From NCBI GenBank assembly GCA_905214315.1, contig CAJMLN010000006.1:3210-67209 (forward strand): 64,000 bases of DNA, in the 5' to 3' direction. Position 1 is the stretch's first letter. Each line of letters begins with the position of its first letter. Both the position numbers and the translations under genes were made by a program. The notes beneath the pieces are model-generated. The model searched no databases and was not told the DNA's origin. It saw only the letters and a list, made by a program, of their open reading frames with translations. Shown here in pieces: positions 21,326 through 30,358 of this stretch. Origin of the DNA: an uncultured bacterium. Lineage in GTDB: Bacteria; Bacillota; Clostridia; Christensenellales; QALW01.

Positions 21326-23767
21326 ATGAAAAAGAGATTATTAGGCCTGCTGATCTGCCTTTCTATGGTGCTTTTCATTTTTCCGCAGATAGTACTGGCA
21401 GAGAATACGCAGGATAGCGGCACGGAGGCTGAGTGCGCTTGCAAGACAAAATGTACTGAAGACAGAGTGAATATTGCCTGCCCAATCTGCGGAGGAAGAG
21501 GAGCAAATCTGGAATTATGCAAAGGCACGCGGAATGATGAAGCTATAGAACAAAAGAATATTTTAACCGTGTCGTCCTATAGCGATGGCATAGTAGCAAA
21601 GGTTGGAAACGATGCGTTTTTTTCTCTTTCCGACGCTGTTGCCGCTGTTATAAGTACAGACGATAAAACCGGAACCGTGCAAATTGTTGAAGACATTGAA
21701 CTGAGTGAGTTTATTATTATTCCCAACGGGGCGAATATTAAGTTGGTTGACGATGGGGTTGCGCATACGATTACGATGGTATCCAACAAGGATCAGTATT
21801 CATACGCGGCTTTTGTAATCGAACAGGGAGGCGCGCTCTCCATTGACGGTGCAAATCTTACTTTCACACGGCAGGCATATAATGAACGCGTGAGCGGTTT
21901 AATTGCATGCCATGGGGCGTTTACGCTGGAAGACGGCACCTTTGATTTAAATGGTCAAAATCTTGCCTGGAACACAAATACGAACAGTGCAAGCGCCATC
22001 ATTCATGTGTGTGGCGCCAATGCCATATTTACCATGAACGGCGGCACAATCCAAAATGCTTCCTTAAGTACTAATACAGGGGGAATTCAAGTCAGCAGCT
22101 ATGCAAAGTTTATTCTGAATAATGGTGTTATTAAAAATATAACCGGAGGGAATAATGCAAGAAGTGGAGCTGTGCTTGTCTATGCCCCTGATACCTCTTA
22201 TAATTACGGAAAAGGAACAGCCTACTTTGAGATGAACGGCGGTATCATAAAAGATAATACCGGATACCGTGGCGCCGGGGTGCATGTGGTTGGGCAATCT
22301 TATAATTTCCGTGCTACAATGCTTTTGAACAACGGAACAATTCAGGGAAATACCTGTAACAGCAATGTATCACAGTTGGCGGGCGGCGGCGGCGTTTATA
22401 TTGAGGGCAATGCCGAAGTCACCATGGAAGGCGGTAAGATTTTAGACAATACAGCTGTTAACGGTGTGGGCGGCGGCATATGTACAATAGACGGATATAC
22501 GACGAACTTTCCTGACCCGAATGCTCCCAACGCATGGGCAATTGAGACATACAGTCGGTATTATCCTGCTGCGTTCACAATGCTGGGCGGCACAATCAGC
22601 GGCAATCAGGCTAAAACAAGCGGTACATCACAAACCATTATAGGTGACGGCGGCTGCGGCGGCGGCGTTTACATTGCCTCCAACTGTGTAACCCTAAAAG
22701 GCGGCTATATTGAGAATAACACTGCCCAACGGCAGGGTGGTGGTGTTTATGTTGGTTCCATTCCCTACAAACTGACCATCTATAACGCGGTGGTAACGGG
22801 CAACGAAGCTTCTGTTCTTGGCGGCGGTGTATGGGCTTGTCCTACGGGCGATACCGAGGTATTCGTCACTAACGGGGCCGGAGTTTACGGGAACAAATCC
22901 GACGGTGCCGGCGACGATATAGCGTCTGTCAAGGTTCATGGCAAGAATTATGGGCTGACACTTGCTGACCGTATTTTAGGCAGCGGGCAGGTACTGTGGT
23001 ACAAAGATGGCGGGATTGCTGATAATGAAAACAATCTGGGCAATCCAGACGATTCACCGCGCTATAACTCCAGCGGAGATGCTAAGCCCATCACCCAAAT
23101 CCAGAATAACATCGATCCGTATGCGCTCAAGGCGGTCGTTTCCAATAACGCAAAAGAGCTTGCCCAGAACAGTGCAGCACTGTTCATACGCGGCAATAAG
23201 TCTGCCCGTGGCGGCGGAATCGGCACCAATGGCGGTATCGTCATGGGCGAAAAGGATAACGAGTATACCTTAAAAGTTACAAAGGACTGGGGCGATACCG
23301 ATGAGAGCCTGAAGACGCCTGTAACGGTTTCCCTGAAGGTGGGCGATACCGTCCTTGATTCGGTTACATTGAACGCGGAAAACGGCTGGACGGCGGAATT
23401 TACCCAACTTCCTGATCCTGCGACGCTCTCTGAGGAGTTTTTCTATGGAGTTGTGGAAAATCCGGTACCAGAGAATTTCGAAGCGGCCTATTCCGATGCG
23501 ATAATGGATGAGGCAACCCGCATAATCGCCGTTAAAGTTACGAATACACAGATTATAGAGAAGGATCCCACCGGCGATCCTCCGCTGGAACAGCCTTCTG
23601 AACCGCCGAAGGATATCACCGGCGGCAATCAGACGGGGAATACAAACTCCTCGCAGACAGGCGATAACAGCAACCTTGCCCTTTGGATTGCCGTGATGCT
23701 GGCAGCGGGAGCTGGGTTGATCGGTACAGCCCTTTACAGCCGAAAAAAATACGGCAGTAATTCTTAA
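21326..23767 (+). CDS. cell-surface protein: signal peptide, Cys-rich stretch, parallel beta-helix / Pmp-like repeats, Cna-B domain, sortase-type sorting signal
   Basis: MKKRLLGLLICLSMVLFIFPQIVLA. Recurring GGGVY/GGGI/GGAV repeat turns. EYTLKVTKDWGDTDESLKTPVTVSLKVGD..NGWTAEFTQLP is Cna-B-like. C-terminus is SSQTGDNSN + LALWIAVMLAAGAGLIGTALY + SRKKYGSNS. Alternative starts at TTG 21305 and ATG 21308. Confidence 0.8.
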   Translation: MKKRLLGLLICLSMVLFIFPQIVLAENTQDSGTEAECACKTKCTEDRVNIACPICGGRGANLELCKGTRNDEAIEQKNILTVSSYSDGIVAKVGNDAFFSLSDAVAAVISTDDKTGTVQIVEDIELSEFIIIPNGANIKLVDDGVAHTITMVSNKDQYSYAAFVIEQGGALSIDGANLTFTRQAYNERVSGLIACHGAFTLEDGTFDLNGQNLAWNTNTNSASAIIHVCGANAIFTMNGGTIQNASLSTNTGGIQVSSYAKFILNNGVIKNITGGNNARSGAVLVYAPDTSYNYGKGTAYFEMNGGIIKDNTGYRGAGVHVVGQSYNFRATMLLNNGTIQGNTCNSNVSQLAGGGGVYIEGNAEVTMEGGKILDNTAVNGVGGGICTIDGYTTNFPDPNAPNAWAIETYSRYYPAAFTMLGGTISGNQAKTSGTSQTIIGDGGCGGGVYIASNCVTLKGGYIENNTAQRQGGGVYVGSIPYKLTIYNAVVTGNEASVLGGGVWACPTGDTEVFVTNGAGVYGNKSDGAGDDIASVKVHGKNYGLTLADRILGSGQVLWYKDGGIADNENNLGNPDDSPRYNSSGDAKPITQIQNNIDPYALKAVVSNNAKELAQNSAALFIRGNKSARGGGIGTNGGIVMGEKDNEYTLKVTKDWGDTDESLKTPVTVSLKVGDTVLDSVTLNAENGWTAEFTQLPDPATLSEEFFYGVVENPVPENFEAAYSDAIMDEATRIIAVKVTNTQIIEKDPTGDPPLEQPSEPPKDITGGNQTGNTNSSQTGDNSNLALWIAVMLAAGAGLIGTALYSRKKYGSNS

Positions 23768-23803
23768 TAATGGCTCCTGTGAAAGAAATAGTTTTTATGT
23801 ATG

Positions 23804-23836
23804 CCGCCGCATGGGTTCCCTATGCGGCGGTTTTCT
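23804..23836 (+). terminator. intrinsic terminator
   Basis: ccgccgcat / atgcggcgg 9-bp stem followed by ttttct. Confidence 0.6.
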
Positions 23837-24024
23837 ATGCCTGTCGGCTGTTTTCCTTCTCTGGCGCGGCTGGCTTTTCTGCCTGCCCGCTGCCTAAAGC
23901 AGGCGCTTTGCCGCCTCCCCGGGAGAGGGCGGCTGCATAGGAGCCGTCAGATTGAGGAAAGGAACTGATAAAATATATGCTATCAGGCATCATGTTTGCT
24001 TCCTGAATCAAACAATTTTCCATA

Positions 24025-24903
24025 TTAGCGGTCTTTTTTCTCTATCTGCGGGGAGACATCTTTGCTATAATGAAGATGTGTTTCCGCTTGCTGTGCCCGT
24101 TTTCGGAATTGGCCCGGCGGCAGTCCCGTTTCCCGGGTAAACACCCTTGAAAAATAGCTTTGATCGGGAAAGCCGCACGCGGCGGCAATTTGATATACCG
24201 AGGCGTCCGTGGAGGAGAGCAGTTTTTTTGCCTGCTCAATGCGCGTCTGCGTTAAAAATCGGTTGATGGAAATGCCAAAGGCGTTTTCAAAGGCACTGAT
24301 AACCGTGGATTTGCTGTAATGAAAATGGGCGCAGAGCAGGGGAATGGAGATCTTCTGTGCATAATTTTTGGCAATGTACTGCTTAAGGCTCTCCGCCAGG
24401 TCTGCCCGCGGGGGATTCACGGCGTTCGAGAGCGTTAAGTATTGGGCGCATACGGTCATAATCTGTGCGAAGGCGCTGATCTTGTTTGCATCCAGTATCG
24501 CCAGCGCGGCAACCGCGTCCGGCAGCTTCGCGTCGGTACAATAGGCCGCGGCCCGGGTCAGCACGTCCTTTTTTTCCGTTTCGCGCAGAACCTGCCCCAT
24601 CATCAGGTAGCCCGCCGGCACGCCGAAATTGTACAGCGGGCTCACCGCCTCAAACAGGCCGAAGCGGCATTGGTACAGGTACGGCTCGCCGGTTTGTGCG
24701 GCGGCCTGAAAAGCGGCTCTGTCCGCCTGCAGGCAGCATTGCCGGGCCTGGGGATTTTTCTGAACCAGCGCGCAGAACGGAGCGATTTTTTCAGGATAGG
24801 CGGCGATCTCGTTAAAATCCATGTCGTGCAGGGAAATCCGAAAGCCGGAGACCTCATGCAGGGCCTTAAGTACCGATAAAATATTGGAATTCATGGCGTT
24901 CAC
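24025..24903 (-). CDS. PocR sensor domain + AraC-type HTH transcriptional regulator
   Basis: N-terminal PocR-like region (..FRISLHDMDF..FCALVQKNPQARQCCLQADRAAF..GEPYLYQCRFGLFEAVSPL). C-terminal AraC HTH (VYQIAAACGFPDQSYFSRVFTRETGLPPGQFRK). Confidence 0.85.
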   Translation of the reverse strand: MNAMNSNILSVLKALHEVSGFRISLHDMDFNEIAAYPEKIAPFCALVQKNPQARQCCLQADRAAFQAAAQTGEPYLYQCRFGLFEAVSPLYNFGVPAGYLMMGQVLRETEKKDVLTRAAAYCTDAKLPDAVAALAILDANKISAFAQIMTVCAQYLTLSNAVNPPRADLAESLKQYIAKNYAQKISIPLLCAHFHYSKSTVISAFENAFGISINRFLTQTRIEQAKKLLSSTDASVYQIAAACGFPDQSYFSRVFTRETGLPPGQFRKRAQQAETHLHYSKDVSPQIEKKDR

Positions 24904-24979
24904 CTTGTAAAAAAGTATAGAAAAAAACGATATTACAAAAATTATAATACAAAATGTTTAAAAAGGAAAGTCTGTTTTT

Positions 24980-26056
24980 ATGGAAAATATCCAAAAAGTT
25001 TTACTGGCCTATGGGCTGGATCCGCAAAGGGCGCAATACCGTCCCTACGGCAGCGGACACATCAACGATACGTATCTGGTAACGGAAGAAAAGAAGCGCT
25101 ATATCCTTCAGCGCATCAATACTCGTGTTTTTAAGGACGTGGAGGGCCTGATGCGCAACATTGCGCTGGTTACCGGTTTTTTGCGGGAAAAGGTTCTCGC
25201 CCGCGGCGGCGATGTTTTGCGGGAAATGCTGACCCTGCTGCCGGGCGCCGGGGGGGAAATTTATATTACCGATGAAGACGGCCTCTGCTGGCGGATGTAC
25301 GGGTTTATTGCCGACGCGGTCAGCCTGGACCAGGCGCAGACGAAGGAGGAGTTTTATGCCAGCGGCGAGGCCTTCGGAAGCTTTCAGCGGCAGCTGAAGG
25401 ATTTTGACGCCGCGCTTTTAACCGAGACGATTCCCGATTTTCATAATACCATAAAGCGGTACGAAGCCTTTTGCGCGGCTGCGGACGCAGCCGAACAGCC
25501 GCTTAAGCGAGCCGCCGCACGGGAGATTGATTTTATTTTCAGCCGGTTTGAAAAAATAGTATCGATTCAAAGCCAAAGCGATAGCCTGCCCCTGCGGGTG
25601 ACGCATAACGATACCAAGCTCAATAACGTCATGCTGGACAGCGCTACCCGCCGGCCGCTGTGCGTAATCGATCTGGATACCGTAATGCCCGGCACGGTGA
25701 TTCACGATTTCGGCGATTCCATCCGCTTCGGGGCAAGCACCGCGGCGGAGGACGAGACGAATTTAGACAAGGTGACGCTGGATCTTTCCCTGTTTGAAGC
25801 GTATTCCCGCGGCTTTTTAAAGGGCTGCGCCGGCACGCTGACGCCGGAGGAAAAGGTTCTGCTGCCCGAGGGCGCGCTGATTATGACCCTGGAGTGCGGC
25901 ATCCGCTTTCTGACCGACTATCTGCAGAACGACGTGTATTTTAAAATTCACCGGCCCGGGCATAACTGGGACCGCTGCCGCACGCAGCTGAAGCTGGCCG
26001 CGGAAATGGAAAACAATATGGACGCTATGCGCGGGATTCTTGCGCAAATAGAATAA
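24980..26056 (+). CDS. nahK: N-acetylhexosamine 1-kinase
   Basis: Co-linear by recall with Bifidobacterium NahK: YGSGHINDTYLV..RYILQRINTRVF, LRVTHNDTKLNNVMLD, IDLDTVMPG..HDFGDSIRFGASTA.ED, ECGIRFLTDYLQNDVYF. Confidence 0.82.
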   Translation: MENIQKVLLAYGLDPQRAQYRPYGSGHINDTYLVTEEKKRYILQRINTRVFKDVEGLMRNIALVTGFLREKVLARGGDVLREMLTLLPGAGGEIYITDEDGLCWRMYGFIADAVSLDQAQTKEEFYASGEAFGSFQRQLKDFDAALLTETIPDFHNTIKRYEAFCAAADAAEQPLKRAAAREIDFIFSRFEKIVSIQSQSDSLPLRVTHNDTKLNNVMLDSATRRPLCVIDLDTVMPGTVIHDFGDSIRFGASTAAEDETNLDKVTLDLSLFEAYSRGFLKGCAGTLTPEEKVLLPEGALIMTLECGIRFLTDYLQNDVYFKIHRPGHNWDRCRTQLKLAAEMENNMDAMRGILAQIE

Positions 26057-26075
26057 AAAAAGGAGTGTCGTTTTT

Positions 26076-27743
26076 ATGCTGAAAACCCGGATTGTATCCT
26101 CGATGGAAAAATGCTTTCTCGATACGCCCGTGGAGGCCTTTGAGCCCATAGCGGAGGAGCGGATCTTTCAGAACCAGAAATATTCCTTTCAGGTGCTGCT
26201 TGCCGGCGGCAAAGAGGAACGGATTCCCGTTCTGCCCAAAATCGAGGCCGGGGAGCTGACCCCGTACATAACGGTGCGCGAGGTTGTGCCGGTACCGGTG
26301 GATTTCCCCGCGGCGGCGGATCACGACGACGGCTATCTGCGCGATACGCCGGGGCTGTATCCCGACCTGCTGCGCCCGCTGCACTATGACGGACATCTGC
26401 GCCTGTTCCTGGGGCAGACGCGCGCGCTGTGGATCGATATCGCCCCCGAGGGCGCGCTTACCGGCCGGTTTCCCATTACCGTTAAACTGTTTTGTGACGG
26501 CGCGTTAAATTACGGTATCGGGGGACTTTTGGCCGAGGAAACCTTTACCGTAGAGATCATGCCTGTATCGCTGCCGCCGCAGGAGCTGATTTTTACCCAG
26601 TGGTTTTACGCCGACTGTCTGGCCGATTTTTATCAGGTGCCGGTGTTCAGCCCGCGGCATTGGGAGATCTGTGAAAACTTTATGCGCGCGGCCGTTTCCG
26701 GGGGAAGAAATATGATGCTGACGCCGGTGTTCGGGTATCTGCTGGACACCTTTCCGGGCAGACGCCGCACGCATGTGCAGCTGGTGGACGTCTTTTCAGA
26801 AGACGGGCGGTATCGCTTCGGCTATCAGAATCTGGATAAATGGCTGGATCTGTGTAAAACGTGCGGGGTGGAATATTATGAGATATCGCATCTGTTCACC
26901 CAGTGGGGCGCCTCCTTTGCACCAATGGTGGAAATAACCGAAAACGGTGAAAAAAAGAAGTGCTTCGGCTGGGAAACCGACGGGGCAAGCCCGGAATACG
27001 CGGCGTTTTTGCGGGCGTTTCTGCCGGATTTTCTGCAGCATATGCGCGCGCGCGGCGAGGACCGGAAGTGCTGGTTCCATCTTTCGGATGAGCCGCCGCA
27101 GGAGCATCTGGAGCACTACAAAAAGGCAAAGGCAATCGTTGCGGATTTGTTGGAGGGATATCCGATTCTCGACGCGCTTTCCAACTACGATTTTTACGCG
27201 CAGGGGCTGGTGAACCGGCCGGTGCCGGTGCTGCAGCATCTGCAGCCGTTTCTGGAAAATCATGTTCCCGATCTTTGGACGTATTACTGCGGCGGAAATC
27301 TCGCGGGATACAGCAACGCGTTTTTAGCCATGCCCTCGGCGCGCACCCGCTTTATCGGCACGCAGTTCTATCAATATGACATTAAGGGCTTTTTGCATTG
27401 GGGCTATAATTTTTATAATAATCAGTGGTCGTTTGACCGTATAAATCCATTTTTGAATTCCTGCGGAGAAGGGTTCGCACCGGCGGGCGACTGCTATTGG
27501 GTGTATCCCGAAAAAGACGGTACGCCGTTGGAATCCCTGCGCTTCTGCGCGTTTTATCAGGGACTGGAGGACCTGCGCGCGATGAGGCTGTGTGAAAAAT
27601 ATTACGGCAGGCAGCGCGTTAAAGAGGAAATCGAAGCCGTCTGCGGGCCTGTGGCGTTTTCTTCCTGTGTAAACGAGACCGCCGTGATGCGGCGCCTGCG
27701 GAAACGGATCGACGATATGATTTTTGAAGCGGCGCTGAAATAA
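26076..27743 (+). CDS. DUF4091-containing glycoside hydrolase-like protein (GH123-type fold), no signal peptide
   Basis: N-terminal SSMEKCFLD and C-terminal FLHWGYNFYNN pattern, recalled from DUF4091 / GH123 proteins. Placed 20 nt after nahK. Confidence 0.65.
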   Translation: MLKTRIVSSMEKCFLDTPVEAFEPIAEERIFQNQKYSFQVLLAGGKEERIPVLPKIEAGELTPYITVREVVPVPVDFPAAADHDDGYLRDTPGLYPDLLRPLHYDGHLRLFLGQTRALWIDIAPEGALTGRFPITVKLFCDGALNYGIGGLLAEETFTVEIMPVSLPPQELIFTQWFYADCLADFYQVPVFSPRHWEICENFMRAAVSGGRNMMLTPVFGYLLDTFPGRRRTHVQLVDVFSEDGRYRFGYQNLDKWLDLCKTCGVEYYEISHLFTQWGASFAPMVEITENGEKKKCFGWETDGASPEYAAFLRAFLPDFLQHMRARGEDRKCWFHLSDEPPQEHLEHYKKAKAIVADLLEGYPILDALSNYDFYAQGLVNRPVPVLQHLQPFLENHVPDLWTYYCGGNLAGYSNAFLAMPSARTRFIGTQFYQYDIKGFLHWGYNFYNNQWSFDRINPFLNSCGEGFAPAGDCYWVYPEKDGTPLESLRFCAFYQGLEDLRAMRLCEKYYGRQRVKEEIEAVCGPVAFSSCVNETAVMRRLRKRIDDMIFEAALK

Positions 27744-27783
27744 AAAAGAACCTGCCGCTTAAAAACCGGCAGGTTCTTTTTTG
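27742..27783. terminator. bidirectional intrinsic terminator
   Basis: gaacctgccg / cggcaggttc 10-bp stem flanked by an A-run and a T-run. It lies between convergent genes. Confidence 0.8.
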
Positions 27784-27784
27784 T

Positions 27785-28288
27785 TTACTGAAGAATTTTG
27801 ATGCCGCCGATTAGGGGAAGCTCTTTGGCCTTGCCCTGTGCGGCGTTTACGATGCCCAGGATCATGAATACCAGCAGTGCAATACTTAACAGTATGGAGA
27901 TCAGCCAGCCGATAACGGGAATCCATACCAGAATTCCGCTTGCAATGCTCGCCACAATACCCGCTAAAAAGAGTATCAGACCCTGATTGGCGTGGAAGCG
28001 TGCAAATTTGGAATCCTTTGCCGCCAGCAGCGGTATCAGGAACAGGATGCCGATATAAGCAAGCACGGCCATAACCTTGTTGTTCTGGATATCCGCCGGG
28101 TCAAACTCGCCGGTGGTGTCCTTGGTATTGGTAAAGTTATTTATCGCTGCGTTAAAATTGTTCTGGGCGCTGCCCTGGGTGTTTTGCTGGGCGCCATTCT
28201 GGGCGGTTTCGTTTACCGCCGCGCCGCAGCCGGGACAGGCGCTGCTGCCCTCGGGGATTTGTGTGCCGCATTTTCCGCAAAAAGCCAT
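27785..28288 (-). CDS. zinc-ribbon + DUF4870-type membrane protein
   Basis: Start at the internal ATG (28288) behind ggaggtattcttct. MAFCGKCGTQIPEGSSACPGCG zinc ribbon. AYIGILFLIPLLAAKDSKFARFHANQGLILF is DUF4870-like. Confidence 0.7.
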   Translation of the reverse strand: MAFCGKCGTQIPEGSSACPGCGAAVNETAQNGAQQNTQGSAQNNFNAAINNFTNTKDTTGEFDPADIQNNKVMAVLAYIGILFLIPLLAAKDSKFARFHANQGLILFLAGIVASIASGILVWIPVIGWLISILLSIALLVFMILGIVNAAQGKAKELPLIGGIKILQ

Positions 28289-28597
28289 AGAAGAATACCT
28301 CCAAAAATAATTTAACAGAACCGCCGGTACTGTTTTATAATCAGGCCGGAAAAAACAGATAACGGCTGATTTATCAATAAAAGTATAATGGCAAAATCCT
28401 CTGTTGTCAACCATCCCGGGCATTTTTTTAACAAAAATTCCGCTTTAAAAGGAAACGGTACTGTTCCGGCCCGGCTTCTTTGGAAAAAGATTGCAGATAT
28501 TTGGCCGAATATCGTTTTCTTTGCACAACATTTACAATGGAAAGGATTCGCCGTTTATGATAAAATATATGTAAGGATACAGATAAGGAGCGGAAAA

Positions 28598-30280
28598 ATG
28601 AAAGAACGATATAAAAAACCGTATATTGAGGAAATCGGTGCGCCGCGCGAGGCGTGGTTTCACTATGCCGGTGCGGTAAACGAGCCGGTGTTTCCGTATT
28701 TTGTAATGGACGGCGGCGCCTTTCTTTTTATGAACGACCGGCTGGGAATTGCAGACGGCGATCAGCTGCTGGAAAAGGTGATGGACGGAAGCTTTTTTGC
28801 GCTTTGGCAGAAGGACGGCCGTTTTGACTGGGACGCGGTGTTCAGCCTGCCCGCCCAGGATACGATGCGCAATTTTGAATGGCATATTTTCCTGCAGCGG
28901 CTGTATATTCTGATGCCGCTGGCTGCGGCGTATAAAAAAAGCGGGGAAAAGCGCTATGCGGAAAAATTCCTGGCGCTGCTGAAGGACTGGATGGAAAAGC
29001 ATCCGTACGAGGAATTCGACGCCTCCGTCAGCTACTTTGCCACCGGCTTTTACTGGCGCGATATGCAGGTGGCCTGGCGCACGATTGTGCTGGCCTTTTC
29101 GCTGTTCTTTTTGGACGGCGCGTTTGCAAAAGAAGATTGGCTGTATCTGTATGCGGCTTTGCAGAAACATGCGGATCACCTGTATCAGGAGGCCGGGGCG
29201 CATTTGAAAACCGGATACGCGCAGAACCACGTGCTGCAGGTGGGCACGGCGCTTCTGTACGTCGGCTGCCTTTTCGGGGAGTTTCCCAACGCGCAGGAGT
29301 ATATTGCGCTTGGCAAACGCATTGTAAAGCAGAATTTGGACAAGGCGATTTTTGCCGACGGCGGCAGCGATGAGGATTCCCCCAGCTACAGCCATTTTAT
29401 TGCGCGGCTGTACCTGGACGCGCATGTGCTGCTGATAAACAACGGCTATGAGAGCATTCCCGGCCTGAGGGAATCTGTTGTAAAGCAGTATGAGCTCCTG
29501 TATCAGTTCAGCACCGGGGACGGCAAAACCCTGCAGCTTAACGATTCCTATACTATGGACGTTTTGCATGACCTTGCCGTCGTGCAGGAAATTATGCCGA
29601 TGGAGTTTAGCCTCAAAAGGGAATCCCGCCTGTTTCCCGACAGCTGTCTGGCCGTGCTGCGGAATGAAAATTATGAAATTTTCATCGACGCGATGCCCCT
29701 TTGGGCCTGGCATCAGCACGCCGGCAGACCGAATATCGTGGCGTATTATCAAAACCGGCCGATCCTGGTGGACAGCGGCGCCTGCAATTATGACGACCGC
29801 AACCTGCGGGACGAATACCTGATCTGTGCAAAGGCGCACAACGCGGTGTCCTGCCGGGAGCTGGGCGCCCACAGCAGCGCCAACGTAAAGGATCATTATG
29901 CGATTACCCGGTTTGAAGCCGGAGACCCTCAGCGCATTGAGATAGAGGGCACGTTTGCCTGCGGAGAGGTCTGCTTTGCCTTAAAGCGCACGGTGGTGCT
30001 CTATGCAGACCGCTTTACCGTGGAGGACGAGGCCCGGGCGGAGAGGGAATATGAATTTTATAATGTCATGCATCTGGCGCCCGGCCGGTTCACGCAGACG
30101 GAAAACGGTCTGCTCCAGCAGCACGGGGAGCGTTTGCTGCATGTGCAGTGCGGGCCGGACAGGGAAATACAGCTGCTGCCCTGCGTGATGCAGCAAAACC
30201 GGCTCGGTGTTTCTCCGGCAGTGTTTGTTAAAAACACGGGCAAAGGCATAAAAACCTTTTTTGAATTTCAAATGCGGTAA
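28598..30280 (+). CDS. heparinase II/III-like (polysaccharide lyase fold) protein, no signal peptide
   Basis: Start at ATG 28598, after aaggagcggaaaa. ..NHVLQVGTALLY..ADGGSDEDSPSYSHF.. and C-terminal HAGRPNIVAYYQNRPILVDSG resemble the alginate-lyase N-domain plus Hepar_II_III. Confidence 0.7.
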   Translation: MKERYKKPYIEEIGAPREAWFHYAGAVNEPVFPYFVMDGGAFLFMNDRLGIADGDQLLEKVMDGSFFALWQKDGRFDWDAVFSLPAQDTMRNFEWHIFLQRLYILMPLAAAYKKSGEKRYAEKFLALLKDWMEKHPYEEFDASVSYFATGFYWRDMQVAWRTIVLAFSLFFLDGAFAKEDWLYLYAALQKHADHLYQEAGAHLKTGYAQNHVLQVGTALLYVGCLFGEFPNAQEYIALGKRIVKQNLDKAIFADGGSDEDSPSYSHFIARLYLDAHVLLINNGYESIPGLRESVVKQYELLYQFSTGDGKTLQLNDSYTMDVLHDLAVVQEIMPMEFSLKRESRLFPDSCLAVLRNENYEIFIDAMPLWAWHQHAGRPNIVAYYQNRPILVDSGACNYDDRNLRDEYLICAKAHNAVSCRELGAHSSANVKDHYAITRFEAGDPQRIEIEGTFACGEVCFALKRTVVLYADRFTVEDEARAEREYEFYNVMHLAPGRFTQTENGLLQQHGERLLHVQCGPDREIQLLPCVMQQNRLGVSPAVFVKNTGKGIKTFFEFQMR

Positions 30281-30358
30281 CGGAAAAAGCAGCCGGAGCA
30301 ACGGCTGCTTTGTTACTATCCTGAAAAAACGAAAGAGTAATTTTGGAGGTTCCGGTTC

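Noticed and set aside
28532-29896. Long minus-strand ORF (454 aa). Similar long antisense ORFs occur at 46226..47386, 37789..38982, 11528..12610, 56116..57138, 53500..54495, 19745..20701, 42843..43766, 8493..9332 and 56780..57529.
   Set aside because: Each lies antisense to a gene with strong family motifs (heparinase-like, metG, metK, GH13, permease, SBP and others). Their translations are low-complexity and rich in Arg/Gly/Pro/Ala with no recognisable motifs or RBS. These are the usual shadow ORFs of GC-rich coding DNA.
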